Below are positions 38,520-48,346 of a stretch of DNA of 64,000 bases, piece after piece (position 1 is the stretch's first letter; each line of letters begins with the position of its first letter). The notes under the pieces are model-generated. The model did not search any database, was not told where the DNA came from, and saw only the letters and a program-made list of their open reading frames with translations. Location: positions 18,856 through 82,855 of IMG/VR virus record IMGVR_UViG_2721755846_000003. The stretch is one strand, 5' to 3'. The position numbers were made by a program, and so were the translations under genes. The DNA is from a virus. Taxonomy: Duplodnaviria; Caudoviricetes.

Positions 38520-38999
38520 ATGCCATGTGTTACAAGTCTTCAGCGTCTGGCGGCGCTTCCTGTCGCGATCGGTTTGGGAGCGGCGAGCGTGCTGCTGTCC
38601 ACCAGCGCCCAAGCCGCTCCTGCTACGGGGAACACCGCAGAGCATTTGACCGCACCTGTCGCCAACCCTCTCTCAAGCAAGAATGTCGTTACGACAGTCG
38701 CAGATTCCCCTCCTCAGTCGTACTGCCTCTATCGAAGTGAGCTAAACCAGCCTTGGACGCTGGGTCACTGTGAAGGTTATGAAGCGGGGCAGGTGGCTGG
38801 CGGCAAGGACGGTAGTCGTTGTTGGCCCAAATCAACGCCGAAATTCCCGCCATATGGTGAGGGCAATTATGGGATAGGCTACAAGGTCGGCTATAAGCTC
38901 GCCTACACCTACTACTACAACGAGGCTTGGGTGAAAGCCGGTTGCCAGCACACCGTTTTCAAGCCCTGGAGGAATCCCCAAGTAACCCGTAATCCCTGA
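38520..38999 (+). CDS. Secreted protein (lower-GC moron)
   Basis: AAGGAG SD, signal peptide ending AQA-A, Tyr/Gly/Cys-rich mature part, AT-rich upstream region. Confidence 0.65.
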   Translation: MPCVTSLQRLAALPVAIGLGAASVLLSTSAQAAPATGNTAEHLTAPVANPLSSKNVVTTVADSPPQSYCLYRSELNQPWTLGHCEGYEAGQVAGGKDGSRCWPKSTPKFPPYGEGNYGIGYKVGYKLAYTYYYNEAWVKAGCQHTVFKPWRNPQVTRNP

Positions 39000-39101
39000 G
39001 GTGCCACGCGCAAATGGAACCCGTAGGCGCGAAGCTCGCCGTCGACGCGAGTTCGGACCCTGCAAGTGTTCTCCCTCAACCCGGTTGCCATGCAGTCCGG
39101 C

Positions 39102-39168
39102 TACCCTGATCTGCACGCCGACTGGTTGAGGGCCGGGCGAGGCGCGGGAGACGAGGACACACCCCGTG
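39102..39168 (+). promoter_or_regulatory. Late leader motif, locus 4 (tail chaperone)
   Basis: TACCCT 39102-39107; GCCGACTGGTTGAGGGCCGGGC 39117-39138; no clear anti-SD stem here. Confidence 0.75.
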
Positions 39169-39696
39169 GCAACCAAGACTTTTTCCTTCAACACCGACCC
39201 CCACGTCGCCACCGTCAACGGCATGGACCTCCGCTTCCAAGCGGAGGTCATGGGCGATGAGTTCATGGACGCGTTCGGGGAGCTGCGCGACGCGCAGAAG
39301 GCGGCCCAGGGCATCGACCTGGAAGACCTGTCCACCCTGGACCCGGCTGCACTGCGCGGCGCGGCCCGGGGCCTGCGTGGCTTCCTGGCGCGGCTGATGC
39401 TCGCGGAGGACGCGGAGCGGTTCACGGCCCTGGACGTGGTCACCAAGGAGGGCCAGGTGCTCAGCACCCACCAGGACTGGGACGAGGCGCAGCAGGCCGC
39501 GGATCAGGTGGACGGGGCCCGGGCGAAGTGGGCGATGCCCATGCCGGACCGCATCCTGGTGGCCCTCATGGAGTGGGTGACCGAGCTGTACGGCGGTGGC
39601 GCAGACGCTCGCCCTACTGGGTCGTCTTCCGCCTCTGCGAGAGCATTGCCGCGGGGTGGGAAGGGTGGAGCGGCGCGCTCGCGCTCGAAGGCGTAG
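39166..39696 (+). CDS. Tail assembly chaperone (gpG-like)
   Basis: Upstream of tape measure; EWVTELYGG...RPT ending. Confidence 0.75.
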   Translation: MATKTFSFNTDPHVATVNGMDLRFQAEVMGDEFMDAFGELRDAQKAAQGIDLEDLSTLDPAALRGAARGLRGFLARLMLAEDAERFTALDVVTKEGQVLSTHQDWDEAQQAADQVDGARAKWAMPMPDRILVALMEWVTELYGGGADARPTGSSSASARALPRGGKGGAARSRSKA

Positions 39697-39944
39697 ACGT
39701 CCACGCGTGGCGGCTGCGCACCATGCTCGCCGCCGCCGAGGCGTCCATGGATGCAGCCGCGCAGGATGACGGGGAGCGCGCCCGCAACCGGGCCAAGTTG
39801 TACGCCCCGCCCACGAGCGCGCAGGGCCCTCGCCGTCCAGGAGCACGGCCCGCCGGCCGGGGGATGAGCCTGGACCAGGCGCAGGCGCTCATGGCCGCCG
39901 TAGCCACCGAAGACGCCCAGGTCACCGGTGGCCGTAACGGATAG
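39612..39944 (+). CDS. Tail assembly chaperone frameshift extension (gpT-like)
   Basis: Overlapping -1 frame PYWVVFRLCESIAAGW... entered at C-CCT-AC (39612-39617). Confidence 0.62.
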   Translation, partial: PYWVVFRLCESIAAGWEGWSGALALEGVDVHAWRLRTMLAAAEASMDAAAQDDGERARNRAKLYAPPTSAQGPRRPGARPAGRGMSLDQAQALMAAVATEDAQVTGGRNG

Positions 39945-40033
39945 TCTGGGACCAGGCCGGGCCGCGCGCCCTGGCCTCTCGCCGACTGGTTAAGGGCCGG
40001 GCAACCACTCACGAATCGTGGGGTTGCCCGGTG
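39942..40033 (+). promoter_or_regulatory. Late leader motif, locus 5 (tape measure)
   Basis: TAGTCT 39942-39947; GCCGACTGGTTAAGGGCCGGGC 39981-40002; CGGGCAACC / GGTTGCCCG stem ends at GTG 40031. Confidence 0.78.
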
Positions 40034-43000
40034 GCTGGCGAGGAAGACGACTACGGCTCAGCCCGTATCACCATCGACCTGGACGACACGGCGGCGGTCG
40101 CCGACGCCCAGACGCTCGGGCAGCGGATCCAGAACGCCCTGGACCGCGCGACCCGCAACATCGGGCAGCAGATCCGCCGCAACATCCAGCGCGGGCTCAC
40201 TACCGCGATCTCCGTTCGGGTGGAGCCGGACGTCTCCCGGTTCGAGGCGCAGGTCCAGCGGGCACTGCGCGGCCTGGCCGCCGCCGTCGACCTGACCCCG
40301 GACGCGGCCCGCCTCCAGGCACGGCTCCAGCGCACGTTGCGCGGCCTGTCCGCCTCCGTCGACATCTCCCCGGACCTGGGCCGGTTCCAGGCCCGGTTGA
40401 CGGCCGGCCTGCGCGGCCTGGGCAGCGTCTCGGTCCCGGTGGCCCCGGACGTTGCCCGCTTCCAGGCCCAGGTCCAGCGGGCGCTGCGCCGGCTGTCGGT
40501 GTCCGTGGCGCTGGAGCCGGACACGGCCCGGTTCCAGGCTCAGGTCAACCGCGCGCTGCGCGGGATGACCGCCCAGGTGCGGGTGGAGCCGGACGCGGGC
40601 CGGTTCGCTGCCCAACTCCGCCGGGACCTGCGGGCGCTCGGCGCGGTCACCGTGCAGGCCCAGGCGGACGCGGCCCGCTTCCGCGCCCAACTGGAGCGCG
40701 CGCTGCGCAGGCTGCCGCCCATCACCATCCGCGTCGACCCGGACCTGACCCGGCTCAACGCCGCGCTGCGCACCTACCACGCGCCGCCCGTACGCATCCC
40801 GATCGACGTCGACCGGGACCAGCTCACGCGCACCCTGTCCGGGCTGGCCGGGCTGGCCGGCCGGGTGGGCGGGGTGCTCGTCAAGGCCCTCAAGTTCGGG
40901 GCCGTCGCCATCGCCGCGGCGGGCGCGGCGGCCGGGGTCGCCAAGTTCGTGGCCGCGCTGGCCCCGGCGGCCGGCCTGCTCGCCGCCGTCCCGGCCGGGG
41001 TGCTCGGGTTCCAGGCAGCCCTGGGCGCCCTCAAGCTCGCGCTGTCCGGCGTCTCGGACGCCTTCAAGTCCGCACTTACGGACGACTCCAAGAAGTTCGA
41101 GAAGTCCCTGAAGGGCCTGTCACCCAAGGCGCAGGCGGCGGCGCGCGAGGTGCGCGCCCTGAAGCCTGCGTTCGAGGACCTGCGCAACAGCGTCCAGGAC
41201 GCCTTTTTCACCAAGATCGAGGGGCAGATCACCTCCACGGCCAAGGCCTTGGCCGGACCCCTCAAGACCGGGCTGACCGGCATCTCCACCGCCTGGGGAG
41301 CAGCCGCGCGCGGCGCCCTCGGGTACGTGCAGGGCTCCAAGGGCGTAGCCAACGTCAAGTCCATCCTGGGCGGCGCGCAGGCGGCCACGGAGGGCCTTTC
41401 CCAGACCACCAACCGGCTCACCGCCGGCCTGCTCCAGGTGGCGGCCGTCGTCTCGGACCGGTTCGGGGCGGAACTGTCCGGGGGCATCGCCAACCTGGGC
41501 CAGCGGATCGGGGACTTCCTCCAGCGGATCGCGTCCGGCGGGCAGGCCGTGGCCTGGGTGGACGGAGCCCTCAACACCCTGGCCCGTCTCGGCGACATCG
41601 CCGGCAACGTCAAGGACATCTTCAGCGGCCTGTTCCAGGCCAGCGACGGCGCCGGCGCGGGCGTCCTCAACAACCTCCAGACCGTCACCAAGGCCGTCTC
41701 TGACCTGGTCAACTCCGCCCAGGGGCAGACCGCCCTGGGCAACATCTTCACCCAGGTCGGCCAGGTCGCACAGCAGCTCGGCCCGATCATCTCGGCCGTC
41801 CTGTCCAACGTCGGCAAGATCGCGCCCGCCCTGGGGCCCATCCTCACCGGCCTGGGCCCGGTCATCGTTCAGCTGGTCAACCAGCTCGGCAGCGCCGTGC
41901 AGGGGGCGCTGCCCCAGCTCTCGGTGGTCTTCGCGGACCTCGGTGCCGCCGTCGTCTCGCTCGCCCCTGCCCTGCCGCCCCTGGCGGAGGCGGCGGCAGC
42001 ACTGGCCCGTTCCGCGGCTGACCTGCTCGTTCCGCTGGCCCCCATCGTCGCGCTGCTCGCCCAGCTGGTGGGCCCCGTCGTCAGTGTGGCCGCGCCGCTC
42101 ATCGTGGCCGGTACGGCCGCGTTCGTCCTGGTGAAGGCTTTCAAGGCGGCGGTGGAGGTCATCCGCCTGATCCAAGGCGCCTGGCTGGCCCTCAACGTTG
42201 CGTTTGCCGCCTCGCCCATCGGCGCCATCATCGTGGGCGTCATCGCGCTGGTGGCCGCGATCTACCTGCTCTACCAGCGGTTCGCGATCGTGCGCACGGT
42301 GGTCGATGCCGTGGGCCGCGCCCTGCGGGACGGCTTCCTGGCCGCCGTCTCGTTCGTCAAGTCCGCCGCGTCCGCCATCGCCGACTTCTTCGTCGGCGCG
42401 TTCGAGTCGGCCAAGTCGGCTGTCTCCACCGGGATTGACGCCGTGGTCGGGTTCTTCACCGGCCTGCCCGGCAAGATCGTTTCCGGGCTGTCGGCGCTGG
42501 GCTCCACCCTGGCCCAGTTCTTCGTTAGCGCGTTCGAGACCGTCAAGGCCGGGGTGCTCGCCGGTGTCCAGGCCGTGGTCGGCTTCTTCGTCGCCCTGCC
42601 CGGGCGGATCGTGGCCGGTCTGCAAGCACTGCCCGGGCTGCTGCTGGGCGCCTTCACCAGCGCCGTCGCGTATTTGATCATCGGTCTGCTGACCGTGGTC
42701 GCCGGCATCGTGTTCCTGTTCACGGAGCTGCCGGTGCGGATCTACAACGCGCTGGTGTCCCTGGGCCAGTTCCTGCTCACGGCCTTTGTCACCGGGTTCA
42801 CCGTGGCCACGGCCACGGTGTCCGGCTGGATCGACGCCACGGCCGCGTTCTTCCAGGCGCTGCCAGGGCGGATCTACTCCGCGCTAGCGGCGCTGGGCTC
42901 CTTCCTGCTCAACGCCTTCGTGTCCGGGTTCAACTCGGTGACCTCCACCGTCTCGGGGTGGATCTCCTCGACGGTGTCGTTCTTCCAGGCCCTGCCAGGG

Positions 43001-44848
43001 CGGGTGGGCTCCGCTCTGGCGTCGCTCGGCTCCTCCCTGCTGCGGAACTTCACCAGCGCGTTCAACTCCGCGCGGTCCGGGATCACCGGGTTCATCTCCT
43101 CGGCGGCGTCGTTCTTCCGCGGCCTGCCCGGCAAGATCGCCTCTGCGCTGTCCTCCCTGCCGGGCAAGATCGCAGGTGCGTTCACCAGCGCGGCCGGTAA
43201 GGCCCGGTCGGCTGTCTCGTCGCTGATCTCCGGTGTGGTCTCGCTGTTCTCGGGGCTGCCCGGCAAGATCCTCAGCGCCATCGGCAACATCGGCGGCCAG
43301 ATCATGGCCAAGGTCAAGTCCGGTATCCCGTCCAGCGTCCGCAAGTACCTGCCCTTCGCCAAGGGCGGCGTGGTCTACGGCCCGACGCACGCCCTGATCG
43401 GTGAGGCCGGGCCCGAGGTCGTCATCCCCCTGACCGACCCCCGGCGGGCCGCTCAACTCGCCCATCAGTCAGGCCTGCTCGGCATCCTGGCCAGCCAGAC
43501 TCGCGGCCTGGCCGCAGCGGCGGCCGCGACGACGAGCAGCAGCGGCGCCCAAGTGGGCGGAGCCGTGTCCACGCTGCGCTCCCTGCTCGCGGGCATCGGC
43601 AGCCTGCTGGACAACGTGGGCGCCAACGTCGTGCAGGGCATGGTCGACGGCATCCGCAACAACGCCGGCCTGGTCGCCGGCGCCGCCGCCGAGATGGCCG
43701 ACACCGCGGCGGTCGCGGCCCGGAACACCCTGGAGATCCACAGCCCCAGCAAGGTGTTCGCCAAGATCGGCCGGGACGTGGGCCGCGGTTTCGTGGCCGG
43801 CCTGACCGGCACCGCCTCCCAGATCAAGAGCACAACGGAGAAGCTGGTCCGTGACATCCAGAACGCTTTCTCCGGGAAGAAGACCCGGCTGGATGACCGC
43901 CTGGTGGCGATGCTCGACGCCGGGAACAAGCGCCTCACCACGCTGGCCGCCCAGCGCGATGCCCTGGCCAAGCGGATCGCGGACGCGCAGAAGTTCGCCG
44001 CGGACACCACCAGCCAGGCGTTGCAGGCGTTCTCCCTCCAGAACCTGTCCCAGGGCCTGGCGGACGGCCAGGCGCTCACGGCCAAGACCCTGACGGCCAA
44101 CCTCCAGGGCGCTGTGGACCAGGTGAAGCGGTTCTCTTCCCAGCTCAACAACCTGGCCCGCCGGGGGCTGCGTAAGGACCTGCTCCAGCAGCTCGTGGGC
44201 CTGGGCCCCCAGCAGGGCGCGGAGCTCGCCACCGCCCTGGCCTCCGCCACCAAGGACCAGTTGAAGCGGCTCAACAGTGTCCAGGCGGAGCTGACCAAGG
44301 CATCCGGCACCCTCGGCAACACCTCCGCCGACGTCCTGTTCGACGCCGGGAAGCAGGCCGGTAAGGGGTTCCTCACCGGGTTGCAGGGCCAGCGCAAGAG
44401 CATCGAAAAGTTGATGCTCGACATCGCCAAGGGGATGCAGAGCGCCATCCGTACGGCGCTCAAGATCCACAGTCCCTCGCTTGTGATGCGGCGCCTCGGC
44501 GAGTACACGGGCGCCGGCCTGGAGCTCGGTCTGGTGCAGCGCATGGCCGGGATCATGCGCGCGTCCACGGCGGCGGCCCGCTCCATGGTGGACGCGGTCG
44601 CCGGACAGTTCGGCCTGCTGCCCGGGCGGGTCTCCTCCTCGCTCGGCGCGGTGGGCGACCTGGGCGCGGGCGTGGTGCCACTGACCCGGGCGCAGCGCGC
44701 CCGCCAGGCCGGGGCGTCCGGAGGCGGCCAGACCGCGGCCGGGACCGTGATCAATAACCACTTCGAGATTCGAGAGGTGGGCGACGGGCACGTGACCGCG
44801 CAGCGCGTCGTCAACCGGCTGGTGTACGCGGCGGGAGTGAGCGGCTGA
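40031..44848 (+). CDS. Tape measure protein
   Basis: 1605 aa Ala/Gly/Leu-rich; FFxGLPGKI repeats; FAKGG...IGEAGPEVVIPL; IHSPS twice; N-terminal ~24 aa PDxxRFQAQ repeats. Confidence 0.93.
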   Translation: MAGEEDDYGSARITIDLDDTAAVADAQTLGQRIQNALDRATRNIGQQIRRNIQRGLTTAISVRVEPDVSRFEAQVQRALRGLAAAVDLTPDAARLQARLQRTLRGLSASVDISPDLGRFQARLTAGLRGLGSVSVPVAPDVARFQAQVQRALRRLSVSVALEPDTARFQAQVNRALRGMTAQVRVEPDAGRFAAQLRRDLRALGAVTVQAQADAARFRAQLERALRRLPPITIRVDPDLTRLNAALRTYHAPPVRIPIDVDRDQLTRTLSGLAGLAGRVGGVLVKALKFGAVAIAAAGAAAGVAKFVAALAPAAGLLAAVPAGVLGFQAALGALKLALSGVSDAFKSALTDDSKKFEKSLKGLSPKAQAAAREVRALKPAFEDLRNSVQDAFFTKIEGQITSTAKALAGPLKTGLTGISTAWGAAARGALGYVQGSKGVANVKSILGGAQAATEGLSQTTNRLTAGLLQVAAVVSDRFGAELSGGIANLGQRIGDFLQRIASGGQAVAWVDGALNTLARLGDIAGNVKDIFSGLFQASDGAGAGVLNNLQTVTKAVSDLVNSAQGQTALGNIFTQVGQVAQQLGPIISAVLSNVGKIAPALGPILTGLGPVIVQLVNQLGSAVQGALPQLSVVFADLGAAVVSLAPALPPLAEAAAALARSAADLLVPLAPIVALLAQLVGPVVSVAAPLIVAGTAAFVLVKAFKAAVEVIRLIQGAWLALNVAFAASPIGAIIVGVIALVAAIYLLYQRFAIVRTVVDAVGRALRDGFLAAVSFVKSAASAIADFFVGAFESAKSAVSTGIDAVVGFFTGLPGKIVSGLSALGSTLAQFFVSAFETVKAGVLAGVQAVVGFFVALPGRIVAGLQALPGLLLGAFTSAVAYLIIGLLTVVAGIVFLFTELPVRIYNALVSLGQFLLTAFVTGFTVATATVSGWIDATAAFFQALPGRIYSALAALGSFLLNAFVSGFNSVTSTVSGWISSTVSFFQALPGRVGSALASLGSSLLRNFTSAFNSARSGITGFISSAASFFRGLPGKIASALSSLPGKIAGAFTSAAGKARSAVSSLISGVVSLFSGLPGKILSAIGNIGGQIMAKVKSGIPSSVRKYLPFAKGGVVYGPTHALIGEAGPEVVIPLTDPRRAAQLAHQSGLLGILASQTRGLAAAAAATTSSSGAQVGGAVSTLRSLLAGIGSLLDNVGANVVQGMVDGIRNNAGLVAGAAAEMADTAAVAARNTLEIHSPSKVFAKIGRDVGRGFVAGLTGTASQIKSTTEKLVRDIQNAFSGKKTRLDDRLVAMLDAGNKRLTTLAAQRDALAKRIADAQKFAADTTSQALQAFSLQNLSQGLADGQALTAKTLTANLQGAVDQVKRFSSQLNNLARRGLRKDLLQQLVGLGPQQGAELATALASATKDQLKRLNSVQAELTKASGTLGNTSADVLFDAGKQAGKGFLTGLQGQRKSIEKLMLDIAKGMQSAIRTALKIHSPSLVMRRLGEYTGAGLELGLVQRMAGIMRASTAAARSMVDAVAGQFGLLPGRVSSSLGAVGDLGAGVVPLTRAQRARQAGASGGGQTAAGTVINNHFEIREVGDGHVTAQRVVNRLVYAAGVSG

Positions 44849-46167
44849 TGGCGGCTGAGTGGTACATGGAGTACGGCGGCGTGGAGGTGGTGAACCACTC
44901 ACGCCTTGACCAGTATCTGCGCACGGTGGGCTCGCCGCTGGACTCCCACGGGGCATGTGGCTGCCCGACATTCACGGCGGAGGTGCTGGACGAGCTGCCC
45001 TACACGACCCCGGACGACGCGGCCAACCCGGCGCCCTGGTACGACCCGGACGTCCCGGAGTCCGTGGAGTTCGCCGGCGTGATGGTGCTCGACGTCGCCG
45101 GCCTGGACGACTTCCCGGTCCAGCGCACCGTCACCGGCGGGATCGCGGGCGGCGGCGCAATCGGCCCGGCCCGGGCGCTGCCGCGCACTATCACCGTGAC
45201 CGCCATCCTGCTCGGGTCCACCTGCTGCGGCGTGCAGTACGGGCTGCAATGGCTGGGCCAGGCGCTCCAAGGCTGTAGTGGCGGAGGGTGTGACGGGGAC
45301 TGCCTGGTCGTGTACGACTGCTGTCCGGGGGAGGGCCTGACGCCGGCGGAGTTCAACCAGCGGCACCGGCGGACGCTGCGCCGGGTGGCTCTCGTGGAGG
45401 GACCTCGAGTAACGGCCCGGGCCGGGACCGGCTGCACCACCGGCAGTTGCCAGTCCGGGGCGGACATCCTCACCGTGGAGTGGGTGATGACCGCCGCCGT
45501 GCCGTGGCTGTGGACGGACCTCATGCCCGTGCTGGAGGTCACGCCGCCCATGGACCTGGACGGCCACTGCGTGGACTGGTGCCTGCACCCGGCCGGGGAC
45601 GCCGGTTGCCCGGGCGGCTGCAAGCACGCCGCGTGTGTGGACCCCACGGCCGCGTGTGCGGACCCGCGCTGCTCGCCGGTGGCGCCGCCCCTGCCCGGCG
45701 CCCCGCTGGCCACCTGCTTCTGTGTGCCGCTGGCCACGGAGCGTGCCTGCTACGACATGGACCTCACCGACCGGCCGAACTGGTCGACCGACCTGCCGGT
45801 GGTCACCGTACGGTCCGGGTCCTCGGAGCTGCGCAACCTGACCATTGCCATCTACGAGAGCGGCGAGGCGGGCATGACGTGCGGCCAGGTGGCGGACTTC
45901 AAGCGGTGTACGCCCGTCAACTACTGGCACGTTTCGTATGTGCCTCCGGGCGGGGCGGTGACGCTGGACGGCCAGACGGGCCGGGCCACGGTGGAGTGCG
46001 GCGGGACGTGTGAGTCCAGCCCGGACGTGTACGGGATGGACGGGATGCCGCCCACCTACAACCCGCTGGAGTGCGCAACCTTCTGTGTTTGCTTGGAAAC
46101 GGACATCGAGGCGCCGCCAGCCCTGGACGCCCTGGTGACGTTGAACTTGTCCGGGCGGGGGCGGTAA
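44848..46167 (+). CDS. Minor tail protein (distal-tail-like), Cys-rich
   Basis: Directly after tape measure; YGGVEVVNHSR, APWYDPDVPES.EFAG. Confidence 0.78.
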   Translation: MAAEWYMEYGGVEVVNHSRLDQYLRTVGSPLDSHGACGCPTFTAEVLDELPYTTPDDAANPAPWYDPDVPESVEFAGVMVLDVAGLDDFPVQRTVTGGIAGGGAIGPARALPRTITVTAILLGSTCCGVQYGLQWLGQALQGCSGGGCDGDCLVVYDCCPGEGLTPAEFNQRHRRTLRRVALVEGPRVTARAGTGCTTGSCQSGADILTVEWVMTAAVPWLWTDLMPVLEVTPPMDLDGHCVDWCLHPAGDAGCPGGCKHAACVDPTAACADPRCSPVAPPLPGAPLATCFCVPLATERACYDMDLTDRPNWSTDLPVVTVRSGSSELRNLTIAIYESGEAGMTCGQVADFKRCTPVNYWHVSYVPPGGAVTLDGQTGRATVECGGTCESSPDVYGMDGMPPTYNPLECATFCVCLETDIEAPPALDALVTLNLSGRGR

Positions 46168-47207
46168 TGGCGGTCGCTGGCTGCGGCACTCATCAGGCCA
46201 TGGTGCTGGACAGGAGCGGCGCCACCGTGGCCGTCGCCAACGTCCTGACGGAGATCGAATGGAACAGGACCTTGGACGCGGTCAGTTCGGCCCGGGCGGT
46301 CATCAATCCGGACGGGGACTGCTGCAACAGGCTCGGCCGCTTGAGCACTTGGGCCCACCGCCTCGTCATCTTCCGTGACCAGCGGTACGTGTGGGACGGC
46401 CCTATCACCGGCATCTCCTGGTCGCTGGGCCAGGTGGAGCTGTCCGCCCAGGACGTCCTGGCCTGGCTGGACCACCGCGTCATCCACGCCGACAAGACGT
46501 TCACCAACGCGGACCTGGCGGACGTCGCTCAGTGGCTGATCGAGGACGGCTACGCCCCGGACGACCCCGGCCACACGGTCCAGGTGGTGGGCAAGGCAGG
46601 CATCACCGGCTCCCGTGCCTACTCCCAGAACATCGGCCAGACCGGCGACCATCTGGCCCAGTTGGCGGAGGCCGGGATCGACTACACGGCGATCGGTTCC
46701 AAGATCCTGCTGCTCCCGGAGGACCACCTGGCCAGCGTGGGCCGGCTGTCGGATGCGGACCTGCCGGAGGGACTGGACGTCGCCGAGGACGGCGCCGCGC
46801 TGGTGTCCCGGTGGGTCGTGGCCGGCAGCGAGGAGAGCGGCGCGATCGGGGAGTACGGCGGGATTGATCCGTACTACGGCCTGCACGAGCGGTATGTGGA
46901 GATGAGCGAGATCACCGACAGCACTTCAGCGACGGAGGCCGCCCGGGCGCGGCGCCGGGCGAGCCTGCCAGTGCCGGTGGTCGTCGACACCCAGCAGGTC
47001 ACCATCAGCCCGCTGGCCGCGATCGACGTCCCCAGCCTGGTGCCTGGCTGGTGCCTGGACGTCACCAGCGCGGGCACCTGCCGGACCGTACGGCAGCGAC
47101 TGAAGATCACCGGGGTGAAGGTGACCGAGACGGGCGGGAGCGGCGACAACCCGGGGTCGGAGAGCGTCCAGGTGCAGGTGGCGGCGACCGGAGCGGAGAC
47201 ACCCTGA
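46167..47207 (+). CDS. Minor tail protein (hub-like)
   Basis: WNRTLDAVSSA, HRLVIFRD..VWDGP, GIDYT, LVPG. Confidence 0.78.
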   Translation: MAVAGCGTHQAMVLDRSGATVAVANVLTEIEWNRTLDAVSSARAVINPDGDCCNRLGRLSTWAHRLVIFRDQRYVWDGPITGISWSLGQVELSAQDVLAWLDHRVIHADKTFTNADLADVAQWLIEDGYAPDDPGHTVQVVGKAGITGSRAYSQNIGQTGDHLAQLAEAGIDYTAIGSKILLLPEDHLASVGRLSDADLPEGLDVAEDGAALVSRWVVAGSEESGAIGEYGGIDPYYGLHERYVEMSEITDSTSATEAARARRRASLPVPVVVDTQQVTISPLAAIDVPSLVPGWCLDVTSAGTCRTVRQRLKITGVKVTETGGSGDNPGSESVQVQVAATGAETP

Positions 47208-47656
47208 TGGCGATGCGAGGATCACCAGCCCGCCGGATCGTGGGCAACCCCCTCGGCTCGGTGCTGGCCAACCTGGACCAGCGCACCCGGGTGGCCGCCC
47301 GCCGCCGCACCACCGGCAGCGCCCCGAGTGAGCAGGACCCGCCGCCCGCCGAGGCGCCCGTGCGCGTGGCTGCGTGGCCCGCTGCCGCCGTGCTCGTGAC
47401 CGGTGAGGACGGGCGGGCCCAGTGGGCGTTTCCTGCCCCGTACGCGGCTGCTCCGGCCGTCTCGGCGATCGCCGTTGACCCCGCCCCGGAGGAGGACGAC
47501 CGCACGGTGCTCGTCGCCCTCGAGGAGGTCACCACCTGGTGCGTGGCCGTCCGCGTGTGGCGCACAAGGGGACGGCGCGGCACCGGGGTGGCGGAGCCGG
47601 CCGGGGCCGGGGTACGCGTGCACGTGACCGCCCTGGGCGTCGGGCCGGTGTACTAG
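47207..47656 (+). CDS. Minor tail-associated protein
   Basis: TGATG overlap; TGEDGRAQWAFPAPYAAAPAV...VRVHVTA. Confidence 0.62.
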   Translation: MAMRGSPARRIVGNPLGSVLANLDQRTRVAARRRTTGSAPSEQDPPPAEAPVRVAAWPAAAVLVTGEDGRAQWAFPAPYAAAPAVSAIAVDPAPEEDDRTVLVALEEVTTWCVAVRVWRTRGRRGTGVAEPAGAGVRVHVTALGVGPVY

Positions 47657-47783
47657 GAGCGTGTCTCAGACACCAGCTGCCGGGGTGACCGTCTACATGC
47701 ACGCGGTGGCTCCCTGACGTGCATCCCACGGGGCTACAGTGCCGCATGCACTGGGGAGTGCAGCACAATAGTGGGGGTGGCGC

Positions 47784-48212
47784 GTGAAGACGCGAATGGT
47801 GATCACAGCGGTCGTTCTCAGCATGGCCTTGGCCGGATGTTCAAGCGCCGGGGATGATGCTTTGGCCGAAGTCCGGAAGGCATGTGCCGACATGGGCTTC
47901 AAGCACGGCAAGGCCCCGGACAGCGCCAGCACAGACGGCAGCACCTTGACCGCCGACGACTGGGCGAAGAAGGCGGACGCCTACAACGGCATTGCCAACC
48001 GTCTTGCACATGCAGCAGGTCAAGACCGTCGTTGGGACCGATTGTCGAACGCCGTCACCGATTATCAAGCTGCCTCAGTCCAGGCAGCCATAGCTGCGGA
48101 CGGAGGAAAATCCTTCCAGGAGCGGACAGCGGCAGCACAGGAGGTCGCCAGCTACGACGTTCCTTCGATTATTCGCACGACCGCCCAGGAATGCCGTAAG
48201 GCTCAGGCGTGA
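47784..48212 (+). CDS. Lipoprotein (moron)
   Basis: Lipobox LAGC after a hydrophobic signal; lower GC3. Confidence 0.78.
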   Translation: MKTRMVITAVVLSMALAGCSSAGDDALAEVRKACADMGFKHGKAPDSASTDGSTLTADDWAKKADAYNGIANRLAHAAGQDRRWDRLSNAVTDYQAASVQAAIAADGGKSFQERTAAAQEVASYDVPSIIRTTAQECRKAQA

Positions 48213-48279
48213 CGTGATCGTCGGGCTGTGGCGCCGCTGGACCTTCTCCCAGCTACGAGGACCTCGCGGCGCTACTAGG

Positions 48280-48346
48280 TACCCTGCCGATCAGTCGCTG
48301 GTTTAGGGCCGGACACGCACCGCACGGCAGGGGTGAGTTCGGCATG
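48280..48346 (+). promoter_or_regulatory. Late leader motif, locus 6
   Basis: TACCCT 48280-48285; GTCGCTGGTTTAGGGCCGGAC 48294-48314; GCCGGAC..CACC / GGTG.GTTCGGC anti-SD. Confidence 0.8.
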
